A model generated the notes under the pieces. That model was given only the letters and a program-made list of their open reading frames with translations, was not told where the DNA came from and ran no database searches. Of a stretch of DNA of 64,000 bases, positions 45,133 through 57,502 are shown piece by piece. Positions within the stretch are counted from its first letter, which is position 1; every line of letters begins with the position of its first letter. Source of the stretch: Candidatus Babelota bacterium (GTDB lineage Bacteria; Babelota; Babeliae; Babelales; CAIQNR01); the NCBI GenBank assembly GCA_965658655.1, contig CBFHTA010000003.1, positions 1,883 to 65,882 of the forward strand, written 5' to 3'. The position numbers and the translations under genes are program-made.

Positions 45133-45752
45133 GCTCTACCTTTGCGAACAAAAACTAATGAACCCGCTTTTCCTGGAACGGAGCCCTTAATAACAATTGC
45201 ATTGTCATCTTTAAGAACTTTAACCACTTCAAGACCTTGCATAGTTCTTTTCTTAACACCCATGTGACCAGGAAACTTCTTACCTTTGATAACTTTACCA
45301 CTTCGTGTTAAACCACCAACTGAACCCGGTGTTTTACCCATAGTACAACCGTGACTTCCACGACCACCCGCAAAGTTCCATCGTCTTACAACACCTGCAA
45401 AACCCGCACCTTTAGTCACACCAGATACATCAACTGAATCACCTTCGTTAAAAAGCATGTAGAAATCAGCAAGTTTTCCGATTTCTAAACCTTCAACAGG
45501 TTCTTTCAAAGGAATTTCACGAACAAAACTGAAGTAGGCTCTTTTCTCTTTGAGCCACGCAGGAGAGAATTGTTCTTTATCATAGCGTTTCTTTACTTTT
45601 CCTACCTGCACAGCGAGGTATCCATCACGTTCCTGTGTTTTAATATCAGTAATATACCACGATGATATATCAATCACCGTTGCAGGAACTACCTTGTTAC
45701 CGGAAAAAAGTTGGGTCATACCAATCTTTTTCCCCCAAAAACCACCTACCAT
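45129..45752 (-). CDS. rplC: 50S ribosomal protein L3
   Basis: It has GKKIGMTQLF, KGAGFAGVVRRWNF and GSHG. Confidence 0.95.
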   Translation of the reverse strand: MVGGFWGKKIGMTQLFSGNKVVPATVIDISSWYITDIKTQERDGYLAVQVGKVKKRYDKEQFSPAWLKEKRAYFSFVREIPLKEPVEGLEIGKLADFYMLFNEGDSVDVSGVTKGAGFAGVVRRWNFAGGRGSHGCTMGKTPGSVGGLTRSGKVIKGKKFPGHMGVKKRTMQGLEVVKVLKDDNAIVIKGSVPGKAGSLVFVRKGRA

Positions 45753-45770
45753 GAAGAGCCTTCCTTCATT

Positions 45771-46076
45771 TTATTTAATCTCTAAATCAACACCTGAAGA
45801 AATATTTAATTTCGTCAAAGCATCTATTGTTTGATCAGACGGAGAAACAATATCCAAAATACGACGATGAGTCGTTAATTGAAATTGCTCTCTTGATTTT
45901 TTATCAACATGCGGAGAACGCAAAACAGTAAACACACGCTTTTTGTTTGGCATAGGAACAGGACCGATTAACTCAGCCCCTGTTCTTTTTACCGTCAAAC
46001 AAATTGCTTTCACTGCTTTGTCCAGCAACTGATGATCGTAAGATTTTAACGTTACACGAATCTTTGGTTTTTTCAT
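45771..46076 (-). CDS. rpsJ: 30S ribosomal protein S10
   Basis: It has [15 protein letters not shown] and GPVPMP.K...[17 protein letters not shown]. Confidence 0.95.
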   Translation of the reverse strand: MKKPKIRVTLKSYDHQLLDKAVKAICLTVKRTGAELIGPVPMPNKKRVFTVLRSPHVDKKSREQFQLTTHRRILDIVSPSDQTIDALTKLNISSGVDLEIK

Positions 46077-46089
46077 TTAATAACCAACC

Positions 46090-47274
46090 TTATTCTATAA
46101 TTTGTGTAATAACACCAGAACCAACAGTTCTTCCACCTTCACGAACCGCAAAGTGAAGATCTTTTTCCATCGCAATTGGTTTCACCAACTCAACTGTGAT
46201 AGTAACATCATCACCAGGCATTACCATTTCACGTCCTTCATCCAAAGTTACAACACCTGTTACATCTGTTGTTCTAAAGTAGAATTGTGGACGGTAACCA
46301 TTAAAGAATGGACTGTGACGACCACCTTCATCTTTTTTCAAAACGTAAATTTGAGCTTTGAATTTTTTATGAGGAGTGATTGTTCCTGGCTTTGCAATAA
46401 CCATACCACGTTGGATATCTTCTTTCTTAATACCACGTAGAAGAAGACCTGCGTTATCACCAGCTTGGCCACTGTCCAAAGTCTTTTTAAACATTTCAAC
46501 ACCAGTTACGGTTGTTTTGAATGACTTACCAAGACCAATGAGCTCAACTTCTTCACCCACTTTAATCTTACCTTGTTCAATTTTACCTGTTGCCACAGTT
46601 CCACGACCTGAAATAGTGAATACACCTTCAACTGGCATTAGGAACTCTTTGTCAAGATCACGAGTTGGTTCAGGCACTGTTTCATCAACAGCATCCATCA
46701 ACTTATTAATTGCTTCAACACCAGCAGCATCACCTTCAAGAGCTTTTAGTGCAGAACCTTTAATGACCGGAATAGTATCTCCAGGAAATTCATGTTTTTT
46801 CAACAAGTCACGAATTTCTTCTTCAACCATTTCAATCATGTCAGGATCATCTACCATGTCTACTTTGTTCAAGAACACCACAAGCGCTGGTACACCGATG
46901 TTTTTTGCTAGCAAAATATGCTCATGTGTTTGAGGCATAGGACCATCTGCTGCAGATACAACCAAAATTGCACCATCCATTTGAGCCGCACCAGTAATCA
47001 TGTTTTTCACGTAATCGGCGTGACCTGGACAGTCAACATGAGAGTAGTGACGCTTATCTGTTTCATAAGGAACATGAGATGTTGAAATAGTAATACCACG
47101 AGCTTTTTCTTCAGGTGCTTTATCGATAGAAGCAAACTCAGTAAAGTTTGCAAGCCCTTTATCTGACTGCACCTTTGTGATAGCTGCGGTCAATGTTGTT
47201 TTTCCGTGGTCAACGTGACCAATTGTTCCAATATTAACGTTTGGCTTCTTACGCTCAAACACATCTCTTGCCAT
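46090..47274 (-). CDS. tuf: elongation factor Tu
   Basis: It has [18 protein letters not shown] and NKVD. 394 aa. Confidence 0.98.
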   Translation of the reverse strand: MARDVFERKKPNVNIGTIGHVDHGKTTLTAAITKVQSDKGLANFTEFASIDKAPEEKARGITISTSHVPYETDKRHYSHVDCPGHADYVKNMITGAAQMDGAILVVSAADGPMPQTHEHILLAKNIGVPALVVFLNKVDMVDDPDMIEMVEEEIRDLLKKHEFPGDTIPVIKGSALKALEGDAAGVEAINKLMDAVDETVPEPTRDLDKEFLMPVEGVFTISGRGTVATGKIEQGKIKVGEEVELIGLGKSFKTTVTGVEMFKKTLDSGQAGDNAGLLLRGIKKEDIQRGMVIAKPGTITPHKKFKAQIYVLKKDEGGRHSPFFNGYRPQFYFRTTDVTGVVTLDEGREMVMPGDDVTITVELVKPIAMEKDLHFAVREGGRTVGSGVITQIIE

Positions 47275-47304
47275 AGTATTACTCCTGAAATTGCTACAAT
47301 AGCG

Positions 47305-49374
47305 TTACTTATTTTTTCCTAAAACTTCTTCTTCAACATTTTTTGGCATTTCACGATAACACTCAAATTCCATTGAGTAGCTCGCACGTCCTTTAGTTAG
47401 AGAACGCAACGTTGTAGAATACCCCCCAAGCATTTCTCCAAGAGGTACTTCTGCTTTAATAATTTGGGTCTTACCCTGTTCATCCATGCCAAGAATTCTT
47501 CCTCGACGAGAGTTCAAGTCACCCATCACATCACCCATGTAATCTTCGGGTGTTTCTACTTCAACCTTCATAATCGGTTCCAACAAAACAGGACTTGCCT
47601 GTTTCATACCAGACTTGAAAGCCATAGTTGCTGCAACTTTAAATGCAACCTCAGATGAATCAACATCGTGATATGATCCATCATACAGGGAAGCCCTAAC
47701 ATCTACAACCGGATATCCACCAATTGCACCATTATTAATAGCTTCTTCTAAACCTTTTTGAACTGCTGGAATAAATTCACGAGGAATTGTACCCCCAACA
47801 ATTTTATTTTCAAACTCAAAGCCTTTACCGCGCTCTAAAGGTTCCATTTTCAACCATACGTGACCATATTGCCCACGACCACCAGATTGCTTTACATATT
47901 TACCTTCAACATTAACTGGCTGTTGAATAGTTTCTTTGTAAGCTACCTGAAGCTTTCCTGGAACAACTTCAATCTTATGTTCACGCTTTAAACGATCAAT
48001 TTGCACTTCTAAGTGTAATTCACCCATACCCGCGATAACCGTTTGGCCTGTTTCTTCATCATAAGACAACTTGAACGATGGATCTTCTTGCGTCATTTTA
48101 CGCAATGCAAGAATCATCTTTTCGTAATCACCTTTTGCTTTTGGTTCAACAGATGAAGAAATAACTGATGCAGGAATATCAATATTTTCTAACAATATTG
48201 TTTTCTTAAGGTCAGAAAGCGTATCACCAGTCTTAACATCTTTAACACCTACAAAAGCTGCAATATCCCCCGCTTCTACTTTATCAATCTCTTCTCGCTT
48301 ATTAGAATGCATTCTAATCAAACGACTCACACGTTCCTTGTTACCTGTGCTAACATTTTTAACATATGAACCAGAAGTTAATGTTCCAGAATAAACACGA
48401 ACAAAAGACAAAGTACCCACAAAAGGATCTGTCATAATTTTAAATGCAAGACCTGCAAATGGTTCTTTTGGATCAGCTTTACGCGTCTCTTCTTCATCAG
48501 TATCAGGATTCTCTCCTACAACCGCAGGAACATCCAATGGAGAGGGCAAGTAATCAATAACAGCGTCCAACATTGGCTGCACACCTTTGTTTTTAAAGGC
48601 TGTGCCACAGAATGCAGGGAACACTTCTCGCTTGAGCACTCCCTTACGCAACGCTGCTTTAATTTCTTCAACAGACATTTCTTTTTCTTCTAAGAATTTT
48701 TCTGCTAATTCATCATCAAATTCAACCGCTGCTTCAATAATTTTTCCGCGCAATTCTTTAATTTGACCTGCATACTGAGGATCTGCATCAACCCAATCAA
48801 CATCAGAACCTTTATCGTCCTTGTACTTAACCATTTTGCCAGTTAATACATCTATGATACCTTCAAAATCTTCTGATGATCCAATAGGAATTTGCATTGC
48901 AACTGCGTTACCACCTAGACGATCTTTAACATCAGACACAACTTTAAAGAAATCAGCCCCGATACGATCCATTTTATTTACAAAAATAATAGATGGGACA
49001 TCATAGCGAGTAGCTTGTCGCCACACTGTTTCTGACTGTGGTTGCACTCCGGCAACACCACAAAACACAGAAACCATACCGTCCAACACCCGTAATGAAC
49101 GACCTACTTCAATCGTGAAGTCAACGTGACCTGGGGTATCAATAATGTTAATATGATAATCTTTCCAGAAACAAGTAGTCGCTGCAGACTGAATAGTAAT
49201 TCCACGCTCACGCTCCTGCTCCATCCAATCCATGACGGCTTCACCTTCGTGAACCTCACCAATCTTGTGAGAAATTCCGGTGTAGAACAAAATACGCTCT
49301 GTTACGGTTGTTTTACCCGCATCAATGTGAGCTGCAATACCTATATTTCTATACTTATTTAAATCTGTTGCCAT
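47305..49374 (-). CDS. fusA: elongation factor G
   Basis: It has [17 protein letters not shown] and NKMD. 689 aa. Confidence 0.98.
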   Translation of the reverse strand: MATDLNKYRNIGIAAHIDAGKTTVTERILFYTGISHKIGEVHEGEAVMDWMEQERERGITIQSAATTCFWKDYHINIIDTPGHVDFTIEVGRSLRVLDGMVSVFCGVAGVQPQSETVWRQATRYDVPSIIFVNKMDRIGADFFKVVSDVKDRLGGNAVAMQIPIGSSEDFEGIIDVLTGKMVKYKDDKGSDVDWVDADPQYAGQIKELRGKIIEAAVEFDDELAEKFLEEKEMSVEEIKAALRKGVLKREVFPAFCGTAFKNKGVQPMLDAVIDYLPSPLDVPAVVGENPDTDEEETRKADPKEPFAGLAFKIMTDPFVGTLSFVRVYSGTLTSGSYVKNVSTGNKERVSRLIRMHSNKREEIDKVEAGDIAAFVGVKDVKTGDTLSDLKKTILLENIDIPASVISSSVEPKAKGDYEKMILALRKMTQEDPSFKLSYDEETGQTVIAGMGELHLEVQIDRLKREHKIEVVPGKLQVAYKETIQQPVNVEGKYVKQSGGRGQYGHVWLKMEPLERGKGFEFENKIVGGTIPREFIPAVQKGLEEAINNGAIGGYPVVDVRASLYDGSYHDVDSSEVAFKVAATMAFKSGMKQASPVLLEPIMKVEVETPEDYMGDVMGDLNSRRGRILGMDEQGKTQIIKAEVPLGEMLGGYSTTLRSLTKGRASYSMEFECYREMPKNVEEEVLGKNK

Positions 49375-49389
49375 TTCCTCGACCCCTAA

Positions 49390-49872
49390 TTACCAAGCGT
49401 AGTGTGAGAAAGCTCTGTTAGCTTCCGCCATACGATGAACATCTGCTTTTTTCTTAACCGCAGCACCACGACCTTCATGCGCTTCAAGTAATTCTTGCGC
49501 TAATCGTAACCCCATAGTCTTATCGGAGCGCCCTTTTGAAGCTGCAATAACCCAACGGATTGCTAACGCACGCGCCCTATTTGGACGAACTTCAGCTGGA
49601 ATTTGATAAACACTTCCACCTACACGACGCGGCTTTACTTCTACAGCTGGAACAACATTTTCGAATGCACGATAAAAGGTCTTAAGCCCTTGCTCTTTAT
49701 CGCCATTATTTTTCTTAATCAAGACTGCAATTGCATCATACACAATAGCACGAGCAATGCTTTTTTTACCTTGATCCATGATGACGTTAATAAATTTCTG
49801 AACTAATTCAGAACTATACTTAAGATCAACACCAATATCGCGTTTGTAATTTACAGATTTCCTTCTTGGCAT
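49390..49872 (-). CDS. rpsG: 30S ribosomal protein S7
   Basis: It has MPRRKSV... and VEVKPRRVGGSVYQIP. Confidence 0.95.
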   Translation of the reverse strand: MPRRKSVNYKRDIGVDLKYSSELVQKFINVIMDQGKKSIARAIVYDAIAVLIKKNNGDKEQGLKTFYRAFENVVPAVEVKPRRVGGSVYQIPAEVRPNRARALAIRWVIAASKGRSDKTMGLRLAQELLEAHEGRGAAVKKKADVHRMAEANRAFSHYAW

Positions 49873-49883
49873 GTATTAAACCC

Positions 49884-50264
49884 TTACTTAGAACCTTTAG
49901 GTCGCTTTGCACCATAAAGCGAACGTGATTGCTTTCTATTTTCTACACCAGCTGTATCTAACGCACCACGTACAATATGGTACTTAACACCAGGTAAATC
50001 CTTTACCTTGCCACCTCGAATCAGAACCACAGAGTGTTCTTGCAAGTTATGACCTTCCCCTGGAATATAAGCTGTTACTTCAACCCCGGTCGAAAGCTTA
50101 ACACGAGCTACTTTACGCAACGCGGAGTTAGGCTTTTTTGGTGTCGTGGTAAAAACACGAGTACAGACGCCACGCATTTGCGGACACCCTTTAAGAGCGG
50201 GGCTCTTTGATTTTTCTTTGATTTTTTTTCTTCCAAATCGGCAAAGCTGATTAATGGTAGGCAT
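49884..50264 (-). CDS. rpsL: 30S ribosomal protein S12
   Basis: It has [22 protein letters not shown] and [10 protein letters not shown]. Confidence 0.95.
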   Translation of the reverse strand: MPTINQLCRFGRKKIKEKSKSPALKGCPQMRGVCTRVFTTTPKKPNSALRKVARVKLSTGVEVTAYIPGEGHNLQEHSVVLIRGGKVKDLPGVKYHIVRGALDTAGVENRKQSRSLYGAKRPKGSK

Positions 50265-50403
50265 AGTGTGCTATTCCCAATAAAATAAACTAAAAAACTG
50301 TATGAGAAACAATTAACCCGTTCTGAAACGCTAACCCCACAAAAGATGGTATTTATCTTTAATTCAAGATAAACATAAAATTCAGCTCAAAGGTTTAATC
50401 GTT

Positions 50404-50431
50404 ATTGTACCGTTTTTCTATTTTTTTTCAA
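50404..50431 (-). promoter_or_regulatory. candidate promoter for the str operon: TTGAAA-16-TACAAT (minus strand)
   Basis: The rc of 50426-50431 is TTGAAA and the rc of 50404-50409 is TACAAT. This leaves a leader of about 130 nt to the rpsL ATG. Confidence 0.35.
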
Positions 50432-50632
50432 GGGCAATTACGCATAAAGAAAGCTAATCATCAAATTTTTTACCGCTTTTATACTTTTTAGGCTTAATTT
50501 AATTGAACTTTTTTAACTTTTTCTTTTTGTAAAAGCTTTTTGATGACCGAACATAGACTACTCTTAGATTACTTGCTACCATTTGATTCATTATCTTATT
50601 ATTTCAGCTTATTTAGCCTAAAGGAGTCTTAT

Positions 50633-51724
50633 ATGGCAATTGCGGCATCCGTTAGTTTACTTGTTCAAAAACTACCTTTTATTATTGTTGGTTTAGCCGG
50701 TATTGGAACCGTTATGGCCTTCCATGAATTTGGTCACTTCATTTTTGGTAAGCTCTTTAATGTACACGTTCCTCAATTCTCTATTGGAATGGGACCTAAA
50801 CTTATTAGTAAAAAATGGGGAGAAACCACATTTTCACTTTCTCTTATCCCCACAGGAGCTTATGTAGAGCTTGACAATGACCCCAAAACAGCCGGCTCTA
50901 AGGAAAGAACCTTGTCGGTCAAATCCTACTGGCAAAAAATGCTCATAGTCTCAGGAGGCATTTTGTGCAACCTTATTTTTGCTTATCTTGTTTTTGTAGG
51001 ACTCTTGATGCATGGCATTCCTGCTAACCCTCTTTTGGCTCAAGATAGCGCTCATTCTGTAGAAAAAGTGCTTCCGAATTCTGCAGCTGAAAAAAGCGGT
51101 ATTAAACAAGGAGATAAAATTATATCTGTTAATAACAACGATGTAAGTCATAGCATTGGAAAATTACTTAAAACTATTAATGAACATCCTAAAGAAAAAT
51201 TATCTTTTGTCATTGAGAGAGAAAACAAGCAGAAAAATGTATCTGTTACTCTAAGTTCTAAAATAGTAAAAAACAAAGAAATTGGATCCTTGGGTATCCA
51301 GTTCTCTTTCCCTTCAATGCCCCCAGTAAGCTTCTTTAAGGCCACCGAGAAAGCTGGCACGCTCGTTAAACGCTTATTCTTAAATACGTTTAAAGGTATT
51401 GCTCAAGCATTTACCAAACGATCTGCCGAAAACTTTGCAGGGCCACTCATGATGATTTCATTAACTGCAGAAAGTGCTGGTCAAGGTGTAAGCTTATTTC
51501 TATTGTTTCTAGCCTTTATTTCTGTAGGGCTTGCAGCATTAAATGCAATTCCTTTGGCAGTACTTGATGGTGGGCATGCACTTATCTATACCATTGAAGC
51601 AATCATCGGTAGAGACGTTGATGAAACATTTCAAGTATATTTCCAATACATCAGCCTTGCTCTCATTGGAGGACTGTTTTTATACTTAACCTTTAAAGAT
51701 GTTTTTCTATTATTCTTCAGTTAA
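50633..51724 (+). CDS. rseP: RIP metalloprotease RseP (M50 site-2 protease with PDZ domain)
   Basis: HEFGHF lies in the first TM helix, followed by a PDZ-like GIKQGDKIISVN and the C-terminal AALNAIPLAVLDGGH. Start chosen at ATG 50633 after AAGGAG; the track uses TTG at 50540. Confidence 0.85.
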   Translation: MAIAASVSLLVQKLPFIIVGLAGIGTVMAFHEFGHFIFGKLFNVHVPQFSIGMGPKLISKKWGETTFSLSLIPTGAYVELDNDPKTAGSKERTLSVKSYWQKMLIVSGGILCNLIFAYLVFVGLLMHGIPANPLLAQDSAHSVEKVLPNSAAEKSGIKQGDKIISVNNNDVSHSIGKLLKTINEHPKEKLSFVIERENKQKNVSVTLSSKIVKNKEIGSLGIQFSFPSMPPVSFFKATEKAGTLVKRLFLNTFKGIAQAFTKRSAENFAGPLMMISLTAESAGQGVSLFLLFLAFISVGLAALNAIPLAVLDGGHALIYTIEAIIGRDVDETFQVYFQYISLALIGGLFLYLTFKDVFLLFFS

Positions 51725-51740
51725 TTTTGAACAAAAAAAT

Positions 51741-51767
51741 AAGGGCTCTTTCGAGCCCTTTATTTTT
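51741..51767. terminator. bidirectional intrinsic terminator
   Basis: AAGGGCTC-TTTC-GAGCCCTT forms a perfect 8-bp stem. It is flanked by AAAAAAAT upstream and TATTTTT downstream, between the convergent rseP and rplM. Confidence 0.8.
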
Positions 51768-51783
51768 AGGTAACTTGTAAAAC

Positions 51784-52209
51784 TTATAACCCAAACTTTG
51801 ATTCGTGTGGGTGTTCTTTACCAACGTAAAGTCTCAAGTATTTTTTCATAACATCACTAAGCTTGTTTTTAGGAAGCATTCCGTGAACTGCGTGCTCAAT
51901 AATACGTGTTGGATGTTTTTCTAGAATTTGTTTTGCTGTAAATTCTTTTTTACCACCCATGTAACCTGAATAGCGAATGTAGATTTTGTCTTCAAGTTTC
52001 TTACCGGTAAGCTTAACTTTTTCTGCATTAATAACTACAACGTAGTCACCGCTCGCTGTTTGAGGGGTATAAGTAGGCTTATTTTTACCTCGTAAAAGAT
52101 CTGCAATCTCTGTTGCTAATCTTCCCAAAACTTTTCCTTCGGCATCAATCAAATGCCATTTTGGCTCACGATCTTCTTTACGTAAAAAGAAAGCCTTATT
52201 CATATCCAT
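51784..52209 (-). CDS. rplM: 50S ribosomal protein L13
   Basis: It has KWHLIDAEGKVLGRLAT.IA..LRGK.KP.YTP and GMLPKN. Confidence 0.95.
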   Translation of the reverse strand: MDMNKAFFLRKEDREPKWHLIDAEGKVLGRLATEIADLLRGKNKPTYTPQTASGDYVVVINAEKVKLTGKKLEDKIYIRYSGYMGGKKEFTAKQILEKHPTRIIEHAVHGMLPKNKLSDVMKKYLRLYVGKEHPHESKFGL

Positions 52210-52302
52210 GAAATATTCCTTACTGTCTATCGCACTTTATTTTATTTTTTATGTGAAAAAACGAACGGATACCCCTTAAAGTACGGCAAAAAAGGAATTT
52301 GG

Positions 52303-53880
52303 TCAACTCGATTTTTCTTCATGATATTCTTGTTCTGTGTTCACTGACCATACATTAGCCTTATCTTTTCTGCCCGCTACAATATTATCTACCGCAGTCA
52401 TAGCAGTTAACATAGAATGATCTTGATTATTATACTTATGCTGACCATTACGACCTAACAAGAATAAATTCTCAAAAGTGTCGGTAAATTTTTTCACCTT
52501 ATCAAAATCTTTGTAAGCTCCAAAGTAAGCAGGATAAGTCTTTTCCATTCTAATGATAGTGCCATCTTGAACAAAAACTTGTTCAAGAATACCAATTCGT
52601 TCAAGCTCTTGCTTTCCTAGTGCTATAAGATCTTCGTCCTTCATCTTCCACAAATCATCTGTGGTGTAACAAAAATATTCAAGACCGATCCATACTTTAG
52701 TTTTATCTTCAACCATGAACGGACTCCAGTTATTAAAGATCTGTAACCGCCCTACTTGCACATCAGGCTCCTGAATATAGATCCAATTATCTTTAATTAA
52801 GTCACCTTGTTCTTCAATCTTAAGTTTATCAACCAGAAGACCAACAGTAAGAAAGTCTCGATACTGCAAATTATCACTTACTGCTTTAACATCTTCTTGA
52901 ACCGGAGACTGAAAACCCGCAATAAGCTCTTTTACTGATGTGGTAGAAAACACGTAATCAGCTTCAAACTCTATACGTGAACCATCTTTTTTAACTGCTC
53001 CAACTTTAGTTACTGAAGTGTCTTGAGTAAAAATTTGATCTACATCACATTCGGTAATAATTTCTACACCCTGCTCTTTAATTTGATCTGCTACAACTTC
53101 CCACATTTGCCCAGGACCAAACTTTGGATACAAAAACTGTTCGATTAAAGTTGTTTCAGTATCTTTCTGTGCAACATCTTGTTTTTGTTTAGAAGCAAAT
53201 AATTGTTTAGCAAAATGTGTCACCGCTTTAGTTACAGAAAGACCTTTAATTCTTTGAGCTCCCCATTCCGCACTAATTTCTGAACACGGCACACCCCAAA
53301 CTTTTTCTGTATATGATTTAAAAAAGGTTTGATAAAGCTCAGTACCAAATCTATTAATAAAAAACTGCTCTAAATTTTTTTCATTTTTAATAGGAAACAC
53401 ACACCGATATCCATAACTCATACCAATTTTAACCATACGATTAAAACCAAGCTTAGTAACTGTTGCAGGAGTTATCTTCAAAGGATAATCAAAAAATTTA
53501 CGGGTGAAATAAATACGAGATTTACGTTTACGAAGCAACATAACATTATCAGTAGCATTAGGATCTGGTGCCTGATCAGAAGTTTCTACGGTTCGCTTTT
53601 TATTTTGATAACCAATAGTTGTATCCTTACCATCGGTTTTTTCTATAGGCAAAATATTTAGCCACCACTTCATAACACGATCTGACTTTGAAAAGAAACG
53701 GTGACCACCAATATCTATTCTGTTACCTTTATAACGAACAGTTCTAGATATACCACCCATATACGTACTACGCTCAAGAATAATAGGCTGAATATCTGTC
53801 CTCTTTAACAACTCATATGCCGCTGTTAATCCTGCTGGTCCTGCTCCAATGATGATCGCTCTTTTTTTTCTGTCTCCCAC
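52303..53880 (-). CDS. NAD(P)/FAD-dependent oxidoreductase (amine-oxidase/HemY-like fold)
   Basis: It has the N-terminal Rossmann motif [17 protein letters not shown] and GGISRT...DIGGHRFF. The substrate is unknown. Confidence 0.6.
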   Translation of the reverse strand: MGDRKKRAIIIGAGPAGLTAAYELLKRTDIQPIILERSTYMGGISRTVRYKGNRIDIGGHRFFSKSDRVMKWWLNILPIEKTDGKDTTIGYQNKKRTVETSDQAPDPNATDNVMLLRKRKSRIYFTRKFFDYPLKITPATVTKLGFNRMVKIGMSYGYRCVFPIKNEKNLEQFFINRFGTELYQTFFKSYTEKVWGVPCSEISAEWGAQRIKGLSVTKAVTHFAKQLFASKQKQDVAQKDTETTLIEQFLYPKFGPGQMWEVVADQIKEQGVEIITECDVDQIFTQDTSVTKVGAVKKDGSRIEFEADYVFSTTSVKELIAGFQSPVQEDVKAVSDNLQYRDFLTVGLLVDKLKIEEQGDLIKDNWIYIQEPDVQVGRLQIFNNWSPFMVEDKTKVWIGLEYFCYTTDDLWKMKDEDLIALGKQELERIGILEQVFVQDGTIIRMEKTYPAYFGAYKDFDKVKKFTDTFENLFLLGRNGQHKYNNQDHSMLTAMTAVDNIVAGRKDKANVWSVNTEQEYHEEKSS

Positions 53881-55175
53881 TTCTCATCCTCTTTTAGTTG
53901 ATTGTGTTTCATGAGATTCTCAATTTCCTTAATGGTCTTAGGAATTCCCTCACTCAAACAAACAGCTTCATCTTTAACAATCCAGTACATGTCTTCAATT
54001 CTAACCCCTAATTTTTCCTCAGGAATGTAAACACCTGGCTCAATGGTAATAATGTCACCTTCAGCCAATGGTTCGGTATAATCACCTACATCGTGCACGT
54101 CTAAACCAACGAAGTGACCTATCCCGTGAGGAAAATATTTTTCATACCCCTGTTCTTTCAAAAACTCATACGCCATATGATGCAGAGACTCTTTTGGCTT
54201 ATCTTTATTTTTTAACCATAACCCTGGGCGTGCTTGAGAAGCGACAAATTCTTGGGTTTTTAAAACAACTTCGTAAATTTCTTTTTGACGATCGGTAAAC
54301 GTTCCAGAAACAGGATAGGTCCGAGTAATGTCTCCACAATAGTGATGAAACGAAGCACCTATATCAACAACAACAAGATCTCCTTTTTGTAAAACATCTT
54401 TATTGTCGACATAATGCAATACTGTGCTATTTTTTCCTGAACCCACAACACTTGCAAATGCACGAGTCGCTTGGCCTTCTGTAAAAATGTAATCTATAGC
54501 CGCCTGAACATCTGACTCTCTTCTTCCTGACCTAATAACGCCTGCCGCTGCTTCTTGTGCTATTGCAGTTATTTCAACAGCACGATACAAATACTCTAAC
54601 TCTTGCTGCTCTTTCTTTCTACGTAACTGAGCGATAAGCGGAGCACTATTAATAAGATTATTTTTAAGTTCAGGAACAAGTTCACATAGTTTATCTATAA
54701 CAGCTCTACATTCAAATTGTATCTCTGTTAAAGGCGTAAAAATAACACCACCTTCTTTAACAATGCCCTCTATTTCTTCAGCAAGCTTTAAATAAACTTT
54801 TTTGCTAGAGAAAGGATTAAGAGCATATCCAAGAGCTTCATTCCCCATACTCTCTATTTTGGTAACATCAAGTTCTTGCAAATACTTTTTATCATAAGTC
54901 TCTGGTAACCAAGCAGAACGATCTACTTGATATTTTGGCTCATAAAGAACAGCTTCACCGCCAATTTTTTGTAAAAGAGTTACTCCAGGCTCTACCAATC
55001 CTGTTAAATAGAGAAAAGAACTATCCTGATAAAATTGCTCTCGTTCTTTTTCAAAAGCAGAGCATAAAAGAAGTGCGCCCTTTTTATCTGGATAGGTTTG
55101 TTGAATAAGTTTAAGCAAAGCGTTTCGGCGTACAACATAAGATGCACACTCTTCGTAAGGTACTACCATATCCAT
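53826..55175 (-). CDS. pepP: Xaa-Pro aminopeptidase (M24B)
   Basis: It has VVDIGA...[19 protein letters not shown] and EPG.Y...G.RIED. The charged C-terminal tail overlaps the next gene by 55 nt. Confidence 0.8.
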   Translation of the reverse strand: MDMVVPYEECASYVVRRNALLKLIQQTYPDKKGALLLCSAFEKEREQFYQDSSFLYLTGLVEPGVTLLQKIGGEAVLYEPKYQVDRSAWLPETYDKKYLQELDVTKIESMGNEALGYALNPFSSKKVYLKLAEEIEGIVKEGGVIFTPLTEIQFECRAVIDKLCELVPELKNNLINSAPLIAQLRRKKEQQELEYLYRAVEITAIAQEAAAGVIRSGRRESDVQAAIDYIFTEGQATRAFASVVGSGKNSTVLHYVDNKDVLQKGDLVVVDIGASFHHYCGDITRTYPVSGTFTDRQKEIYEVVLKTQEFVASQARPGLWLKNKDKPKESLHHMAYEFLKEQGYEKYFPHGIGHFVGLDVHDVGDYTEPLAEGDIITIEPGVYIPEEKLGVRIEDMYWIVKDEAVCLSEGIPKTIKEIENLMKHNQLKEDEKWETEKKERSSLEQDQQD

Positions 55176-55183
55176 CTTCCTTT

Positions 55184-55780
55184 TTAAAAAGGTCTCCGTT
55201 CTGAAAGAGCTTTATAGACTGTTAATTTATCCATCAATTCAAGATTAGATCCTACTGGAATTCCTCGGGCAAGACACGACACCATAACGCGGTTTTTTAA
55301 TTTACGTGCAATAAATGCAGCGGTTGCTTCACCTTCTGGTGTTTGATTTGTTGCCAAAATAATTTCTTTTGTTTCGCCTGTTAAACGAGTAAGCAACATA
55401 TCAATAGAAAGATCTTCTGGTCCAATACCATCAAGTGGACAAATTGCTCCACCCAATACATGGTATAAACCTTTATAACCATCTGTCTTCTCTATGCTCA
55501 AAAGTTCCTGCCACGTTTCTACAACACAAATTGTTGTTTTATCTCGTCTAGGATCACTACAAAAAATACATTGTTTATTTCTTTCTTGCCACACACAGCA
55601 TTGTGGACACGCAATAATGTTTTTCCGTGCCTCCAGCAAAGCTGTACAAAAACGTTTGACTTTCTCGTCTTCTGTTGTCAAAAAATAGGTTGCTACTTTA
55701 TATAAGTTTTTTGATGCCAAAAATGGCACCTGCTGTAAATTTTTACAAAGCTGAGCCAACGAGGGAAGTTTATTAATCAT
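55184..55780 (-). CDS. recR: recombination protein RecR
   Basis: It has the zinc finger CPQCCVWQERNKQCIFC, followed by a Toprim domain. Confidence 0.9.
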   Translation of the reverse strand: MINKLPSLAQLCKNLQQVPFLASKNLYKVATYFLTTEDEKVKRFCTALLEARKNIIACPQCCVWQERNKQCIFCSDPRRDKTTICVVETWQELLSIEKTDGYKGLYHVLGGAICPLDGIGPEDLSIDMLLTRLTGETKEIILATNQTPEGEATAAFIARKLKNRVMVSCLARGIPVGSNLELMDKLTVYKALSERRPF

Positions 55781-55783
55781 AGA

Positions 55784-57304
55784 TTAAAAAGCCTTCTGCA
55801 ACTGATTTTGACCTACCTGTAACAACATACTTGTCGCTAAATATAATGTAACACCCGCAGACATTGTTGTAGAAAAAGCTCCAAACATTAAAGACATTGC
55901 AACAGGACCCATAAGTGTTTTTGCATCTTTTTTACCTGGCCCCATGAAAACACTTGCTAAGAAACTTACAAAGACAACAAATGGTAAAACGTAGTAAGGA
56001 TCTGGCAAAGACAAATCTTTAATCCAAAAAACAAACGGTGCTCTGTACAACTGAATAGAGTTATTAAGTGCACCCATCAATCCTACAAAGAAAGGAATTT
56101 GCACAACCATAGGAAGCGCACAACCAAGCATTCCACCCGTACCATGCTTTTTCATATGTTCGAGTCGTGCTTCTTCAAGTCTGTCTGGATCATTTTTATA
56201 TTTTTGAGTAATGTACTCAAGTTTTTTTTGATTCTCTTCAAACTTTTTACGCGATTTTTCTGCATTAAGATTGAATGGCAACAAAATTAAACGCATTAAA
56301 AGCGTTACCAGAATAATTGCCCAACCATAATTGTCGGTATACTTTTCTATAAATGAAAGTAACCACAAAACAGGTTTCGTAATGAAAGAGAACATACCAT
56401 AGTTAAGAACTTTCTCTAAACGAACGTCAACCGCAGACATTGATTGAGGCTCTTTTGGACCCACATAGTATGAAATATTCCAAGTAGTTTCTTCTTCAAT
56501 TGTTTTCGACTCTATGAACGAAAGCAAAGATCTGTCGATAGATTTATAATACGCTCGCTGTGCAAAACCTTGTGGATCAGAGAACATCATAAAAGCAAAG
56601 TATTTGTCTGCAGTACCAAAAAGTTTTGGTTGCATGAACCCTTGATTGAATTTTATACTTCCTGCTGCAACTTGCTTAAACTTACCGTTACTTGTAGTAA
56701 TATTTGCAGTGACAGGATCATCCTCTTGAAGCGCTTTCAAATGAGGAGAAGGCCAAATAAGACGAGCCTGCAAAGCCTTTTTAGGTTTTACAGTCAGCGC
56801 AAGGTCAATTCTGTGTTCATGTTTATCAACAGTAAACGCTTTTTCAATAGTACCTACAGAAGTAGCTGTTTTATAAGTAACCTTTGCGCTACTTTCATCT
56901 TCTTCATGACCTATCAACTTATAGTAATACGGAGTTTCTTTTTCTAGAGCAACCAAAAATGGCTGTTGCTCTCTATCTACCGCTTCATTTGAATTCCACA
57001 CATGAAATGTTTGCACTTTATGATCAAGGTTACGAGTGAAGACTAAGTCACTAATTGTTCCGCCTGCACTCGAAAAAGTCATATCTCCATAAGCTGTTTT
57101 AATATGAACAGGAGTATCTTCTATTTTTTGTTCTTTATCATAAAAATCTACCTCTACCTGCAAAGGAGCTTGGGCTGCCACCGCTGTTGCAGCAGTAAAG
57201 CTTCCATCTGGTTGAGAAACTCCGAAACCTCCCCAAAATAATTTGAATAAAATGACCGTTCCAATCGCTAACGATGTAGTTCCGAGAACTTCTCGCATAT
57301 TCAT
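55784..57304 (-). CDS. yidC: membrane protein insertase YidC
   Basis: 506 aa with an N-terminal TM helix, a periplasmic beta-domain and the C-terminal 5-TM core (YGWAIILVTLLMRLILLP). Confidence 0.9.
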   Translation of the reverse strand: MNMREVLGTTSLAIGTVILFKLFWGGFGVSQPDGSFTAATAVAAQAPLQVEVDFYDKEQKIEDTPVHIKTAYGDMTFSSAGGTISDLVFTRNLDHKVQTFHVWNSNEAVDREQQPFLVALEKETPYYYKLIGHEEDESSAKVTYKTATSVGTIEKAFTVDKHEHRIDLALTVKPKKALQARLIWPSPHLKALQEDDPVTANITTSNGKFKQVAAGSIKFNQGFMQPKLFGTADKYFAFMMFSDPQGFAQRAYYKSIDRSLLSFIESKTIEEETTWNISYYVGPKEPQSMSAVDVRLEKVLNYGMFSFITKPVLWLLSFIEKYTDNYGWAIILVTLLMRLILLPFNLNAEKSRKKFEENQKKLEYITQKYKNDPDRLEEARLEHMKKHGTGGMLGCALPMVVQIPFFVGLMGALNNSIQLYRAPFVFWIKDLSLPDPYYVLPFVVFVSFLASVFMGPGKKDAKTLMGPVAMSLMFGAFSTTMSAGVTLYLATSMLLQVGQNQLQKAF

Positions 57305-57502
57305 GTGTGTAATCCTTTAAATTTTGAAATAGGCTGATCTGCTACATATAGAGGGCTCAAGTCTACCAAGAAGCAGCAATTTGCGCTAGTCCCCAAAAGA
57401 GCCTTTTAACTATAATCTCTTCACTTATTTTACATAAAGTGGTACTTGAAGTATAAAGGACAGTAGTACATGCTCAGAATCATAGAAAAGGGAGCAGGGT
57501 AT

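Noticed and set aside
46102-46933. Plus-strand ORFs of 112 aa and 185 aa inside the tuf locus
   Set aside because: They are antisense shadow ORFs within an unmistakable EF-Tu gene. They have Ser/Thr/Ile-rich nonsense composition and no SD.
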